NCBI GenBank assembly: GCA_902784675.1
Contig: CACZVR010000003.1
Span: 9,899 to 73,898 of the forward strand
DNA: 64,000 nucleotides
Direction: 5' to 3'
From: an uncultured Bacteroidales bacterium
GTDB taxonomy: Bacteria; Bacteroidota; Bacteroidia; Bacteroidales; Muribaculaceae
Shown: positions 19,471 to 27,417 of the stretch, piece after piece
Layout of the letters: each line of letters begins with the position of its first letter
How positions within the stretch are numbered: position 1 is the first letter of the stretch
Translations under genes and position numbers: made by a program
The notes under the pieces: generated by a model
The model's input: only the letters and a program-made list of their open reading frames with translations
Database searches by the model: none
Told to the model about the DNA's origin: nothing

Positions 19471-20346
19471 CTAATTCGTGATAGATTGCTTGACGGCTTC
19501 GCTCACACGTTGCATGAGCCAGCGAGGGGTGGAGGTGGCACCGCAGATGCCGATGCGCTCCTTTCTCACGAGCCAGGCAGGGTCGATGTCTTCCTCACTG
19601 CTCACCAGGTGAGAGTCGGGGTTGGCGTCAAGGCACTCGTTGAACAGGATGCGCCCGTTGCTGCTCTTGGCACCGCTCACAAACAGGATGAGTTCATGCT
19701 GGCTGGCGAACTCGCGGATTTGCGGGATACGGTTAGCTACCGAGCGGCAGATGGTGTCGAAGCTGCGGAAGGTCACCCCGGGCTTGACGCAGCGCTTGAT
19801 TTCCTCGACAATGCGCTGGAATTCCTGCACGCTTTTGGTGGTCTGGGAATAGAGATAGATGTCGCGTGAAAAGTCGATTTTATTGATTTCGTCGATGTTC
19901 TCGATGACGGTGGCGCGACCTTGGGTCTGTCCCACCAGGCCCAGCACCTCGGCGTGACCACGCTTGCCGTAGATAACGATTTGAGGCGCGTCGGCGCCCG
20001 GTTCAACGCCATTGAATGTGGTGTTGATGCGCTGTTGCAGTTTGAGCACCACAGGACAGGTGGCGTCGATGATTTCGATGCGGTTGCGTCGGGCGGTCTC
20101 GTAGGTCTCGGGCGGTTCGCCATGGGCGCGCAACAGCACCTTCACGTCATGCAACTGTTCAAGCTGCTCGTGCGTGATGGTTTCCAGGCCGCGGCTGGCA
20201 AGACGGTCCACCTCGGCAGTGTTGTGCACGATGTCACCCAGGCAGTAGAGGTGCCCGCTTTGCTCAAGCTCCTCCTCGGCTTTGCGGATGGCTGTCGTCA
20301 CACCGAAGCAAAACCCCGATCCCTTGTCAATCTCAATAATCGCCAC
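19471..20346 (-). CDS. ispH: 4-hydroxy-3-methylbut-2-enyl diphosphate reductase
   Basis: GFCFGV, IVHN, RAHG, DATCP, SQTT, DTIC, SSN, GATSTP. Confidence 0.97.
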   Translation of the reverse strand: MAIIEIDKGSGFCFGVTTAIRKAEEELEQSGHLYCLGDIVHNTAEVDRLASRGLETITHEQLEQLHDVKVLLRAHGEPPETYETARRNRIEIIDATCPVVLKLQQRINTTFNGVEPGADAPQIVIYGKRGHAEVLGLVGQTQGRATVIENIDEINKIDFSRDIYLYSQTTKSVQEFQRIVEEIKRCVKPGVTFRSFDTICRSVANRIPQIREFASQHELILFVSGAKSSNGRILFNECLDANPDSHLVSSEEDIDPAWLVRKERIGICGATSTPRWLMQRVSEAVKQSITN

Positions 20347-20412
20347 TTTTTCGGTTTCAGTTTGTGGAATTGTACAGCAGTCTGTTGGCTGATGCTAACC
20401 CCTAACTCCTAA

Positions 20413-21114
20413 CTATTTTGTCGCTCTCTCCAGATAGAGGTTGTAGAGCCATTCGTCCTGCTCGGCCAGGGTCATGTGCGAGTTGTCGAGCACCTCAGCG
20501 TCATCGGCCTGGCGCAGAGGACTCTCTTTGCGCGTGCTGTCGATGCGGTCGCGCTCGGTGACGTTGATCAATACCTCCTCAAAGGTCGTTGTCATGTCGC
20601 CTTTGGCGCGCAATTCGTCAAAGCGACGTTGGGCGCGCACCTCGGCGCTTGCCGTGGCAAACACCTTCATTTCGGCGTCGGGGAACACCACCGTGCCGAT
20701 GTCGCGGCCGTCCATCACCAGACCCTTGTCCTTGCCCATGGCCTGCTGCTGCTTGACCATCGCCTTGCGCACAAAGCCGATGGCAGCGATGATGCTCACC
20801 ACGTTGCTCACGCGCATTGAGCGGATGTAGCGCTCCACGTTGCGGCCGTTGAGCACGGTCACGCTCTTGCCCTCCTTGGTCGGGCGGAAGGTGATGGCGA
20901 TGTCGCCACGTTTGAGGTGCTCCTTGAGCGCCTTCTCGTCCACCTTGTCACCGTGGATGAGTTTGTTGCGCAACGCGAACAGCGTCACCGCGCGATACAT
21001 CGCACCCGTGTCCACATAGGCGTAGCCAATCCTGCGCGCCAGCGCCTTGGCCATCGTGCTCTTGCCCGTTGATGAATGCCCATCAATCGCAATCGTAATC
21101 TTCTTCTGTGCCAT
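20413..21114 (-). CDS. cmk: Cytidylate kinase
   Basis: [32 protein letters not shown]; ATG at 21114. Confidence 0.97.
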   Translation of the reverse strand: MAQKKITIAIDGHSSTGKSTMAKALARRIGYAYVDTGAMYRAVTLFALRNKLIHGDKVDEKALKEHLKRGDIAITFRPTKEGKSVTVLNGRNVERYIRSMRVSNVVSIIAAIGFVRKAMVKQQQAMGKDKGLVMDGRDIGTVVFPDAEMKVFATASAEVRAQRRFDELRAKGDMTTTFEEVLINVTERDRIDSTRKESPLRQADDAEVLDNSHMTLAEQDEWLYNLYLERATK

Positions 21115-21366
21115 AATATCTGATGTCCAATGTTGATTTCCGCCACAAAGATAATCAAATTGCACTCACACAGTGTTTTTTTTCTGTAAAAAACACTTAT
21201 GAGTGTGTGGTTTGGCTCTTTTCACGTTTGGTCATTTGTGTCTGTATAATAGTGCAAATAGCTACGATAATTGATACAGTACACAAAATGGTGGATTTTT
21301 TTGTGATAAACTTCACCGAGATAAGGAAGGCATTAGATCTGTTGAACCCAGGAAACTCTATTTTAA

Positions 21367-21412
21367 AAAAAGAAAGCCCTCACAAACCAGCTAAAATAGC
21401 CTCTGCAAGGGT
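21367..21412 (-). terminator. Intrinsic terminator of the acidic-ORF transcript
   Basis: Minus strand CCCUUGCAGA...UUUGUGAGGG stem followed by CUUUCUUUUUUU. Confidence 0.75.
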
Positions 21413-21428
21413 ACCCTTATTTTTAATA

Positions 21429-21536
21429 TGTCTTGGCTCCGAGCCTACTCCTGCCAGCTTTCGCTGCTTCAGGAGCCGCACGTTTCACAGCAGTGGGATT
21501 CACATCTTAGAGCGCTGTTCCCGTGCAACGAGGACA
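21429..21536 (-). ncRNA. Candidate structured RNA in 3' UTR (family unknown)
   Basis: GC-rich segment in AT-rich DNA with stems GUUGCACG/CGUGCGGC, ACAGCG/UGCUGU, CUCCUG/CAGGAG, CAGC-GAAA-GCUG and GGCU/AGCC. Confidence 0.55.
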
Positions 21537-21542
21537 ATCGAT

Positions 21543-21869
21543 TTAGTCGTCATCGTCGTCATCATCGTACTCGCAGTCTTCCTCATCGTAGTCCTCGACG
21601 TGCAGTGCCACAAGAATTTCAGAGCCATTCCAGTCGTATGTGACGTCTTCCCAATCTTCAAGGGCATCGTCAAGTGTTGACTCGATGTCGTCATCAGTTA
21701 CATCACCCATCTCGGAGTAATCCCAACTGATGCAGACTTCATAAATTGCACCATCGCCGTCGGGTGAGATGCCCTCGCGATCGACACTGATGAAATCATA
21801 CTCATCAAACGCGCTTTCGATGTCGCTCAAAAGCTCTGCGCCAAGTTCATTTAATTCGTTCCAGTCCAT
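21543..21869 (-). CDS. Small hyper-acidic protein (108 aa)
   Basis: MDWNELNEL...DDDDDDD; about 43 D/E, one R, no K; has its own promoter and terminator. Confidence 0.8.
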   Translation of the reverse strand: MDWNELNELGAELLSDIESAFDEYDFISVDREGISPDGDGAIYEVCISWDYSEMGDVTDDDIESTLDDALEDWEDVTYDWNGSEILVALHVEDYDEEDCEYDDDDDDD

Positions 21870-21877
21870 AATAGAAT

Positions 21878-21938
21878 CTGTTGGTCCTTGATTGTTACTT
21901 CTATTTTTGGCACAAGGACCTTTTGCTGCCAATAACAG
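21878..21938 (-). promoter_or_regulatory. H-type pseudoknot in 5' UTR
   Basis: UUGGCA/UGCCAA stem whose loop GGUCCUUG pairs with downstream CAAGGACC; flanking CUGUU/AACAG. Confidence 0.6.
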
Positions 21939-21996
21939 GGGTAATTTCATCCTTTGAAATGTGCTAATCAAAATAATGAATTGCTATATTCTATCA

Positions 21997-22013
21997 TGCA
22001 AAAATCATGCCAA
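21997..22013 (-). promoter_or_regulatory. Sigma-54 (-24/-12) type promoter
   Basis: TTGGCATGATTTTTGCA: GG-N10-GC spacing, close to consensus TGGCACG-N4-TTGC. Confidence 0.65.
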
Positions 22014-22169
22014 CTCTATATTAAACACTAAAAAAGTAAAATGAATTGAAGTGATGAAGTTGGAACATTTCAGAATTTTTGCAGTTGTTCTTAAAAACTG
22101 GTCAATTCCCTTGGACCGTATGTTGATTTTTTCTATATTTGCATTTCAAATTCTATAACTATTACCAAC

Positions 22170-23651
22170 ATGGAAGATTCTAAAACAATAGTTGACGTCT
22201 TATTTGACGAAATGCATTTTTTGTATAAAAAATGTTCAGACTTAAGGGAATACATGAAATCTCTGTCTGTGCCTTCAAAAGAATTGAACAGCCTTTATAA
22301 AAAGATAGGGGAATTAGACGATTGTATGAGTCTGATTAGAGTTCATCAGGAATTAAAGAATACAAGCCTTCAAGAAGTTGATTTCTATTCCAAATTCAAA
22401 AAGCATTTTTATAAAGATAAAGCCAATAAAGAAGTTCGTTTTATTGTTATAGATGGTCTTGAGAATGAAGAGGATGACTTGAATGATGCTGAACTGTTGA
22501 AACGATATGTCATTGAGAATAATTCAAGTGTTGCTGATAAACTAGATAAAGAAGAAGAGGAAGAACTCAAAAAGCAATTCACGATTAAAAATTGTTTGCC
22601 TGTAATGGAGTTGGTTCCGATTCAATTTGCAAGCAACGCAAGAAAGTATATGCCTCCTGGTACCATTGTGACAGTGACTCTCCGAAAAACAGAAAAAAGA
22701 AATTTCATCACTGTTTCTAATTTGGGACCTCGAAGTGAGCAGGATGAAATGAATAAGATTTTAGAAGAAGGAGGACGTGGCAAGAACACGTCAATCGTAA
22801 GAGGCATGGGGCTGGGATTGAAGCAGGTGAAAGAGATCTTGAACATGCACAGGGATTGGTTGGACACTGCATTTGACGTCGACCAAAATGAGAATGATTT
22901 TCTTTACGAGAATATTCATTACTCGATGTTTACGGTCAAGTTTACCTATCTCAATGGTGAAAACGAACAATCAATTAACACCGATTATTTGGATTGGAAT
23001 GAAGACTTCTGGAACGACGATATTCCGATAGTGATTGTGCATAATATGTTCACGGTTTCTTATGATTTAAGGAAATTATGTGAAAACAAATTAATCTCAC
23101 TCAAATTGTCAGAGGATAATGATAAAGAGGAATGGAAACTTATTTTAGAAGAATTACGCATGGTAATTAGGCGCTTCGATGACACGCTTCGTCAATGTTT
23201 GTATAAGGTATATTTAGAACAAAACGATGACGAACTCGTGGATGCGATTATGGGAAATGAATGTTCGGTGAGTCTACATAAGGTCGTGTATAGAACCTTT
23301 GAGAGCTTGGTAAATACACTATATTCAAACAAGAATATTGATTATGATCCCCAAGTGAATGAGGCCCTGAAGAGCATAGATGCTCACAGTTGTTTCTATT
23401 CTTTTATTTATGGTGTTTTTTCTTTGATTCTTGAACGGGCACCAAAGGGTTCGTTTTTTGAAATCACCTATGAAGGCGGCCGAAAGGATAACCAGATTAC
23501 AATAAAATGTGAGCAATGCAATTTTAAGGGCATTTTTTATGAGAGTGCTTCAGAGCTAATCAAAAATAGAGTGCATATGTATAAAGATATGTTAGCAGAA
23601 TGGAATGGAGCATTTATTATTCAAGAGCATGCGTTAAAAATAAGATTATAA
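22170..23651 (+). CDS. Cytoplasmic histidine-kinase-like protein, tandem duplicated (intact HATPase plus degenerate copy)
   Basis: N-box SNARKY, G1 VSNLGP, G2 GMGLGL; no TM or sensor domain; second half starts at IVHNM; TATATTTG promoter at ~22134. Confidence 0.75.
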   Translation: MEDSKTIVDVLFDEMHFLYKKCSDLREYMKSLSVPSKELNSLYKKIGELDDCMSLIRVHQELKNTSLQEVDFYSKFKKHFYKDKANKEVRFIVIDGLENEEDDLNDAELLKRYVIENNSSVADKLDKEEEEELKKQFTIKNCLPVMELVPIQFASNARKYMPPGTIVTVTLRKTEKRNFITVSNLGPRSEQDEMNKILEEGGRGKNTSIVRGMGLGLKQVKEILNMHRDWLDTAFDVDQNENDFLYENIHYSMFTVKFTYLNGENEQSINTDYLDWNEDFWNDDIPIVIVHNMFTVSYDLRKLCENKLISLKLSEDNDKEEWKLILEELRMVIRRFDDTLRQCLYKVYLEQNDDELVDAIMGNECSVSLHKVVYRTFESLVNTLYSNKNIDYDPQVNEALKSIDAHSCFYSFIYGVFSLILERAPKGSFFEITYEGGRKDNQITIKCEQCNFKGIFYESASELIKNRVHMYKDMLAEWNGAFIIQEHALKIRL

Positions 23652-23653
23652 TT

Positions 23654-24454
23654 ATGGACAAAAACAAGCTGAAATTAATAGAGCCAGTTAAAACGGCTTG
23701 GGAAATAATTAAAACCATATTTGTTGTGATTACGGCTATTGGCGTAATTGCGGGAATAATAGCAGATTGGGCTGGATTATGGGGCGAAATTACAAAATAT
23801 TTTCATGTGATTTTATCTGTTGTTTCAATAATATTGGCTATTATCGTAGTGTGTCAGTATTTTGCATACAAGAATAATCTGAAAAAGGTGAAAGATGCGT
23901 TGAATGAAGCAAAAGGATCCGATAGTCAGAAAATAGCAAAAGAATTACCTAAAGATATTAAAAGGAAGTGTCGTGTGTTGATTGTTGATGATAATGATAC
24001 TGCGTTGAAGGAGATAGAAACAGAACTCGAGAGCGGCATTAGCCAAAAAAAGATGCATCTTGTTTCTATCAATAGAATCCCAGATTATCGATTGGCTGCT
24101 GACTTTGACATTATTATCAGTGATATTTATGGAGCAGGTAGTGGCGCCAAAGAATCAATAGGTGCTCTAAAAGCTATCAAAGAAGTATTTCCGTATAAGA
24201 TTGTTGCTGCGATATCACAAAATACAGACAAAGAAACAAAGTCCAAGCTTGATGTCGTTTTATCTAAGAAAAAGAAAAATGTAATAAAAGATTTTGTTGA
24301 AACATCAATAAAAAGGCTTGATAATTTAGAAACCTTTATTCAAGGAGTTGAACTTGAATTAAAGGACAAGGGTCTAAATGATGAAGAAATAAAGACCAAA
24401 CGAGAGGAGTTTTTGGATTATCTTGAGAGAATGAAACGCTTAGCTGGTAACTAA
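23654..24454 (+). CDS. Two-TM membrane protein with response-regulator receiver domain
   Basis: Two N-terminal hydrophobic helices; RVLIVDD, DIIISDI (phospho-Asp), AAIS, LSK. Confidence 0.8.
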   Translation: MDKNKLKLIEPVKTAWEIIKTIFVVITAIGVIAGIIADWAGLWGEITKYFHVILSVVSIILAIIVVCQYFAYKNNLKKVKDALNEAKGSDSQKIAKELPKDIKRKCRVLIVDDNDTALKEIETELESGISQKKMHLVSINRIPDYRLAADFDIIISDIYGAGSGAKESIGALKAIKEVFPYKIVAAISQNTDKETKSKLDVVLSKKKKNVIKDFVETSIKRLDNLETFIQGVELELKDKGLNDEEIKTKREEFLDYLERMKRLAGN

Positions 24455-24504
24455 AGAGGATAATACACAGTCATTTTATTGTTGAATGACGATTGAATAA
24501 GATA

Positions 24505-24540
24505 AATTAAGTGCCCTTCAATCAAGTCGGGCACTTAATT
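24505..24540. terminator. Bidirectional terminator
   Basis: AATTAAGTGCCC...GGGCACTTAATT between convergent island units. Confidence 0.8.
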
Positions 24541-24565
24541 TTTAATTGTTTTTTAGAAAACAGCT

Positions 24566-24778
24566 CTAACTCATTTTGTGGTAGACTTCGTCTGGGTAAT
24601 CATTGCAATTCTCGCAATACCATCCGTCGTCAGTCCACTCAAGTTCTTCACCACAATCTCCGCATGTAGCGATGTCATATTCACCGGCTAAATCTTCATA
24701 GCAACTTGTGCAGCATTTTCGGTCCGCATCGTTTACCTCCCCACAATTGGGGCAAACATAATAGTGTGTTGTGAACAT
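24566..24778 (-). CDS. Small acidic double zinc-ribbon protein (70 aa)
   Basis: CPNC, CTSC, CGDC, CENC: four CxxC pairs. Confidence 0.75.
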   Translation of the reverse strand: MFTTHYYVCPNCGEVNDADRKCCTSCYEDLAGEYDIATCGDCGEELEWTDDGWYCENCNDYPDEVYHKMS

Positions 24779-24841
24779 AATAAAAATGCAATAATTTATA
24801 TGATTAAAAAAGTATCTTAAGAATTACGCTGACAGTAATAC

Positions 24842-25060
24842 TTAATGGTTATTACTATAATCTATTATGTCGTTGTAACCCTCACGTTCGTCACTCTCGT
24901 AGTCGCTCTCGTCGTCGTCATCGTCACAGGGCTCTATACCGAGGTCTTCTTTGTAATTCTCATAATCCATACAGATTTCGCAGTTCATGAAGTCATCATG
25001 GTCGCAATTGCAGAAATCGCCATAATTGTTGTCACAATCATCACAAAGGCACCAACTCAT
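24842..25060 (-). CDS. Small Cys/Asp-rich protein (72 aa)
   Basis: WCLCDDC..FCNC..CEIC, poly-Asp tail; AT-rich leader before ATG. Confidence 0.7.
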   Translation of the reverse strand: MSWCLCDDCDNNYGDFCNCDHDDFMNCEICMDYENYKEDLGIEPCDDDDDESDYESDEREGYNDIIDYSNNH

Positions 25061-25069
25061 AAATTAAAA

Positions 25070-25219
25070 TATTTAGGTTGCCTCACCCCCAAAAGAGGCT
25101 AGTAAATAATTGAAAAGAAAAGTATTGGGGCATTACTTTCCTGCTGTCACAGTTCTTGGTGAAAAATCCGCATCAGTTTGAAAGGGGCAGATCTCATCCT
25201 AAGAACACTTGCAAAATTA
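25070..25219 (-). promoter_or_regulatory. Bacteroidota -7 promoter and structured 5' leader
   Basis: TAATTTTG at 25219-25212; long hairpin 25206-25152; two hairpins with complementary loops CCCCAA/UUGGGG. Confidence 0.55.
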
Positions 25220-25448
25220 GGAAAACTTTTATTATTGCACAACTTTTGGTTGTAATTATTAACTAAAAAGTAAAAAAAACGAATAAGCCACAAAGCTTGG
25301 CAGGGGCGGCAGGGAATGCGTGCACTCAATGAATCACAACTCCAAAGCGTCAGTCCTATCAAAACACAATATATGTGTATTTCTTTTTGTCATTTTTCGG
25401 GTGAGAGCGGGGTTGGGTTGAGAGTTTTTTTGTAAGTTTGCGGCAAAA

Positions 25449-25766
25449 ATGTGGATGATGAGACATTTGTTATATATTGTGGCTGTGTTGGCGGTGGTGC
25501 TGGCTGGATGCGGTGAGAAGAAGTCGCCGCTGGATGCCGAGGCGCGTGACAGTGGCATGAGGGCCGCGGCAGCGCTGGTGGCGGTGGATCACACCGACAC
25601 GATGTCGATGGAGCGTGCAGTGATGGACGCCAAGGCCAAACAGAGCGTGTATGCCCTGAAGCGGGACTCGGCTGCGGTGCGTGCCTTTGATGAGGCCTTC
25701 CGTTCCTATCTCAAGGAGAAGGACCGCCCGTTGTATCAATCTTTATTCCCCGAAGACAAGAAGTGA
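25449..25766 (+). CDS. Hypothetical lipoprotein
   Basis: Lipobox LAGC; host-like codons; TAAGTTTG promoter upstream. Confidence 0.75.
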   Translation: MWMMRHLLYIVAVLAVVLAGCGEKKSPLDAEARDSGMRAAAALVAVDHTDTMSMERAVMDAKAKQSVYALKRDSAAVRAFDEAFRSYLKEKDRPLYQSLFPEDKK

Positions 25767-26428
25767 TGAGAAAGCTACCATTGATATTGATTGCACTGAT
25801 GCTGTTGCTCACGGCATGCAACGGCGCTTCGCGACGTGGTGAGGCCGCTGGACGCGACTTTTTGGCTGCATGGGGCGACACGGCTGCGATGCACCAGGTG
25901 GTGCAGCGCTTTGAGGCTTTGCGCGGTGACAGTCTGCGCTGGCCATGGCAGGCCAAGGCCGCGAACCGCGCTTTTGCCAACGTGCTGCTTGCCGATGGCC
26001 GCGACTCGCTGCTACAGGCCGCCCATGTGATTGTGCTCTCACCGCGTGAGCTGGCGCAGCTGAAATGCCCGCCGATGATTGACTTGATGGTGGCCCGTCA
26101 GTTGGACACCGACTCAATAGCCGGTTATGTGGAACTCATTCACTGGCTATGTAACACGGTGGGCCATGAGCGACATGCTCAGGTGTTTGACAGCACGATG
26201 CAGGCTATCGTTGACAGCTATTCGATCAGGGAACAGATGAACGTGTATGTGCAATGTGCCCGGCCAGCGGCCCTGGGTGCGGCTCTTGCTGATGATGCCA
26301 ATCAGCCTGACGCCGACATGGAAGAAATCAACGAACGCATCAGTGAATTGCGGGATAACATCTACACGCCCGCCGATTTTGCCACCTTTGAGGCTGCCTA
26401 CAAGAATGCATTGAAAAAGAAAGAGTAA
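25766..26428 (+). CDS. Hypothetical lipoprotein
   Basis: Lipobox LTAC; translationally coupled to the upstream gene. Confidence 0.75.
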   Translation: MRKLPLILIALMLLLTACNGASRRGEAAGRDFLAAWGDTAAMHQVVQRFEALRGDSLRWPWQAKAANRAFANVLLADGRDSLLQAAHVIVLSPRELAQLKCPPMIDLMVARQLDTDSIAGYVELIHWLCNTVGHERHAQVFDSTMQAIVDSYSIREQMNVYVQCARPAALGAALADDANQPDADMEEINERISELRDNIYTPADFATFEAAYKNALKKKE

Positions 26429-26449
26429 AACAAAGATATCATAAATGTC

Positions 26450-27415
26450 ATGAAACAATTCCAAGACTATCTCAATACCGTTAATCAAGCGATTGCCGCT
26501 ATCCCTTATCCTGATCAGCCGCGCAGGCTCTATGAACCCATTGCCTATCACATGGCGCTGGGAGGCAAGCGTGTGCGCCCCGTACTCACCCTCATGGCGT
26601 GTGACGCGATGGGCGGAGACACGGCAACTGCAATTGATGCAGCGCTGGGCATTGAGATGTTCCACAACTTCACCCTGCTGCACGATGATGTGATGGACAA
26701 TGCCGACGTGCGTCGCGGCAAGACCACGGTACACCGCCGCTGGAACGCCAACACGGCCATCTTGAGCGGCGACACGATGCTCACGCTCGCCACGCAGTTC
26801 ATTGCCCGCACCAGCAATCAGGCGGTGATGGACCTGTTCAACAAGACAGCCATCGAGATTTATGAAGGCCAGCAGTGGGACATGGACTTTGAGGTGCGCA
26901 ACGACGTCACCGTCGAGGAATATGTCAACATGATCAGGCTCAAGACCTCGGTGCTGTTGGGTTGTGCCCTCAAGACGGGCGCCCTGGTCGCCGGGGCAGG
27001 GGAGAAGGATGCCGACACCCTGTATGAGGCCGGTGTGAACATGGGATTGGCTTTCCAACTCAGGGATGATGTGCTCGACGTGTGGGGCGATCCGGTGACC
27101 TTCGGTAAAGAAATCGGTGGCGACATCATGAACAACAAGAAGACCTATCTGCTCATCAGCACCATGCAGAAAGCCAAGGGTGACGATGCCGATGAGTTGC
27201 GTCACTGGCTGAATGACCCATACGCCACGCGCGACGACAAAGTCGCTGGCGTGACAGCTCTGTATGAGCGATTGGGTGTGCGTGACATGGCCGAGGTCGC
27301 AATTGCCGACTACAATGACCGCGCAATCGCCGCTTTCAACAAGGTGGCAATGAGCGACGAAGACAAAGCCGCCTTCATCGCACTCTCAAATAAGTTAGCC
27401 GGCCGAAGCTATTGA
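26450..27415 (+). CDS. Polyprenyl synthetase (IspA/GGPP synthase family)
   Basis: GGKRVRP, LLHDDVMD..RRG, FQLRDDVLD. Confidence 0.95.
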   Translation: MKQFQDYLNTVNQAIAAIPYPDQPRRLYEPIAYHMALGGKRVRPVLTLMACDAMGGDTATAIDAALGIEMFHNFTLLHDDVMDNADVRRGKTTVHRRWNANTAILSGDTMLTLATQFIARTSNQAVMDLFNKTAIEIYEGQQWDMDFEVRNDVTVEEYVNMIRLKTSVLLGCALKTGALVAGAGEKDADTLYEAGVNMGLAFQLRDDVLDVWGDPVTFGKEIGGDIMNNKKTYLLISTMQKAKGDDADELRHWLNDPYATRDDKVAGVTALYERLGVRDMAEVAIADYNDRAIAAFNKVAMSDEDKAAFIALSNKLAGRSY

Positions 27416-27417
27416 TC

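Larger units (their letters stand above)
21160..25400. mobile_element. AT-rich horizontally acquired island (no integrase visible)
   Basis: Abrupt drop in GC and change in codon usage between cmk and the lipoprotein gene; ends approximate. Confidence 0.7.

Noticed and set aside
21429-21536. Assignment of the 3' RNA to hammerhead, HDV, SRP, cobalamin riboswitch or retron msr/msd
   Set aside because: Only fragments match (CUGAAG, UCCUCGU, GAAGCAGC, GGGAA) without the required stems or order; no reverse transcriptase nearby
21123-21680. 185-aa plus-strand ORF and the 21971 upstream start of the acidic ORF
   Set aside because: The plus ORF crosses a terminator, structured RNA and the antisense acidic gene; the upstream extension is basic, unlike the protein, and overlaps the pseudoknot leader
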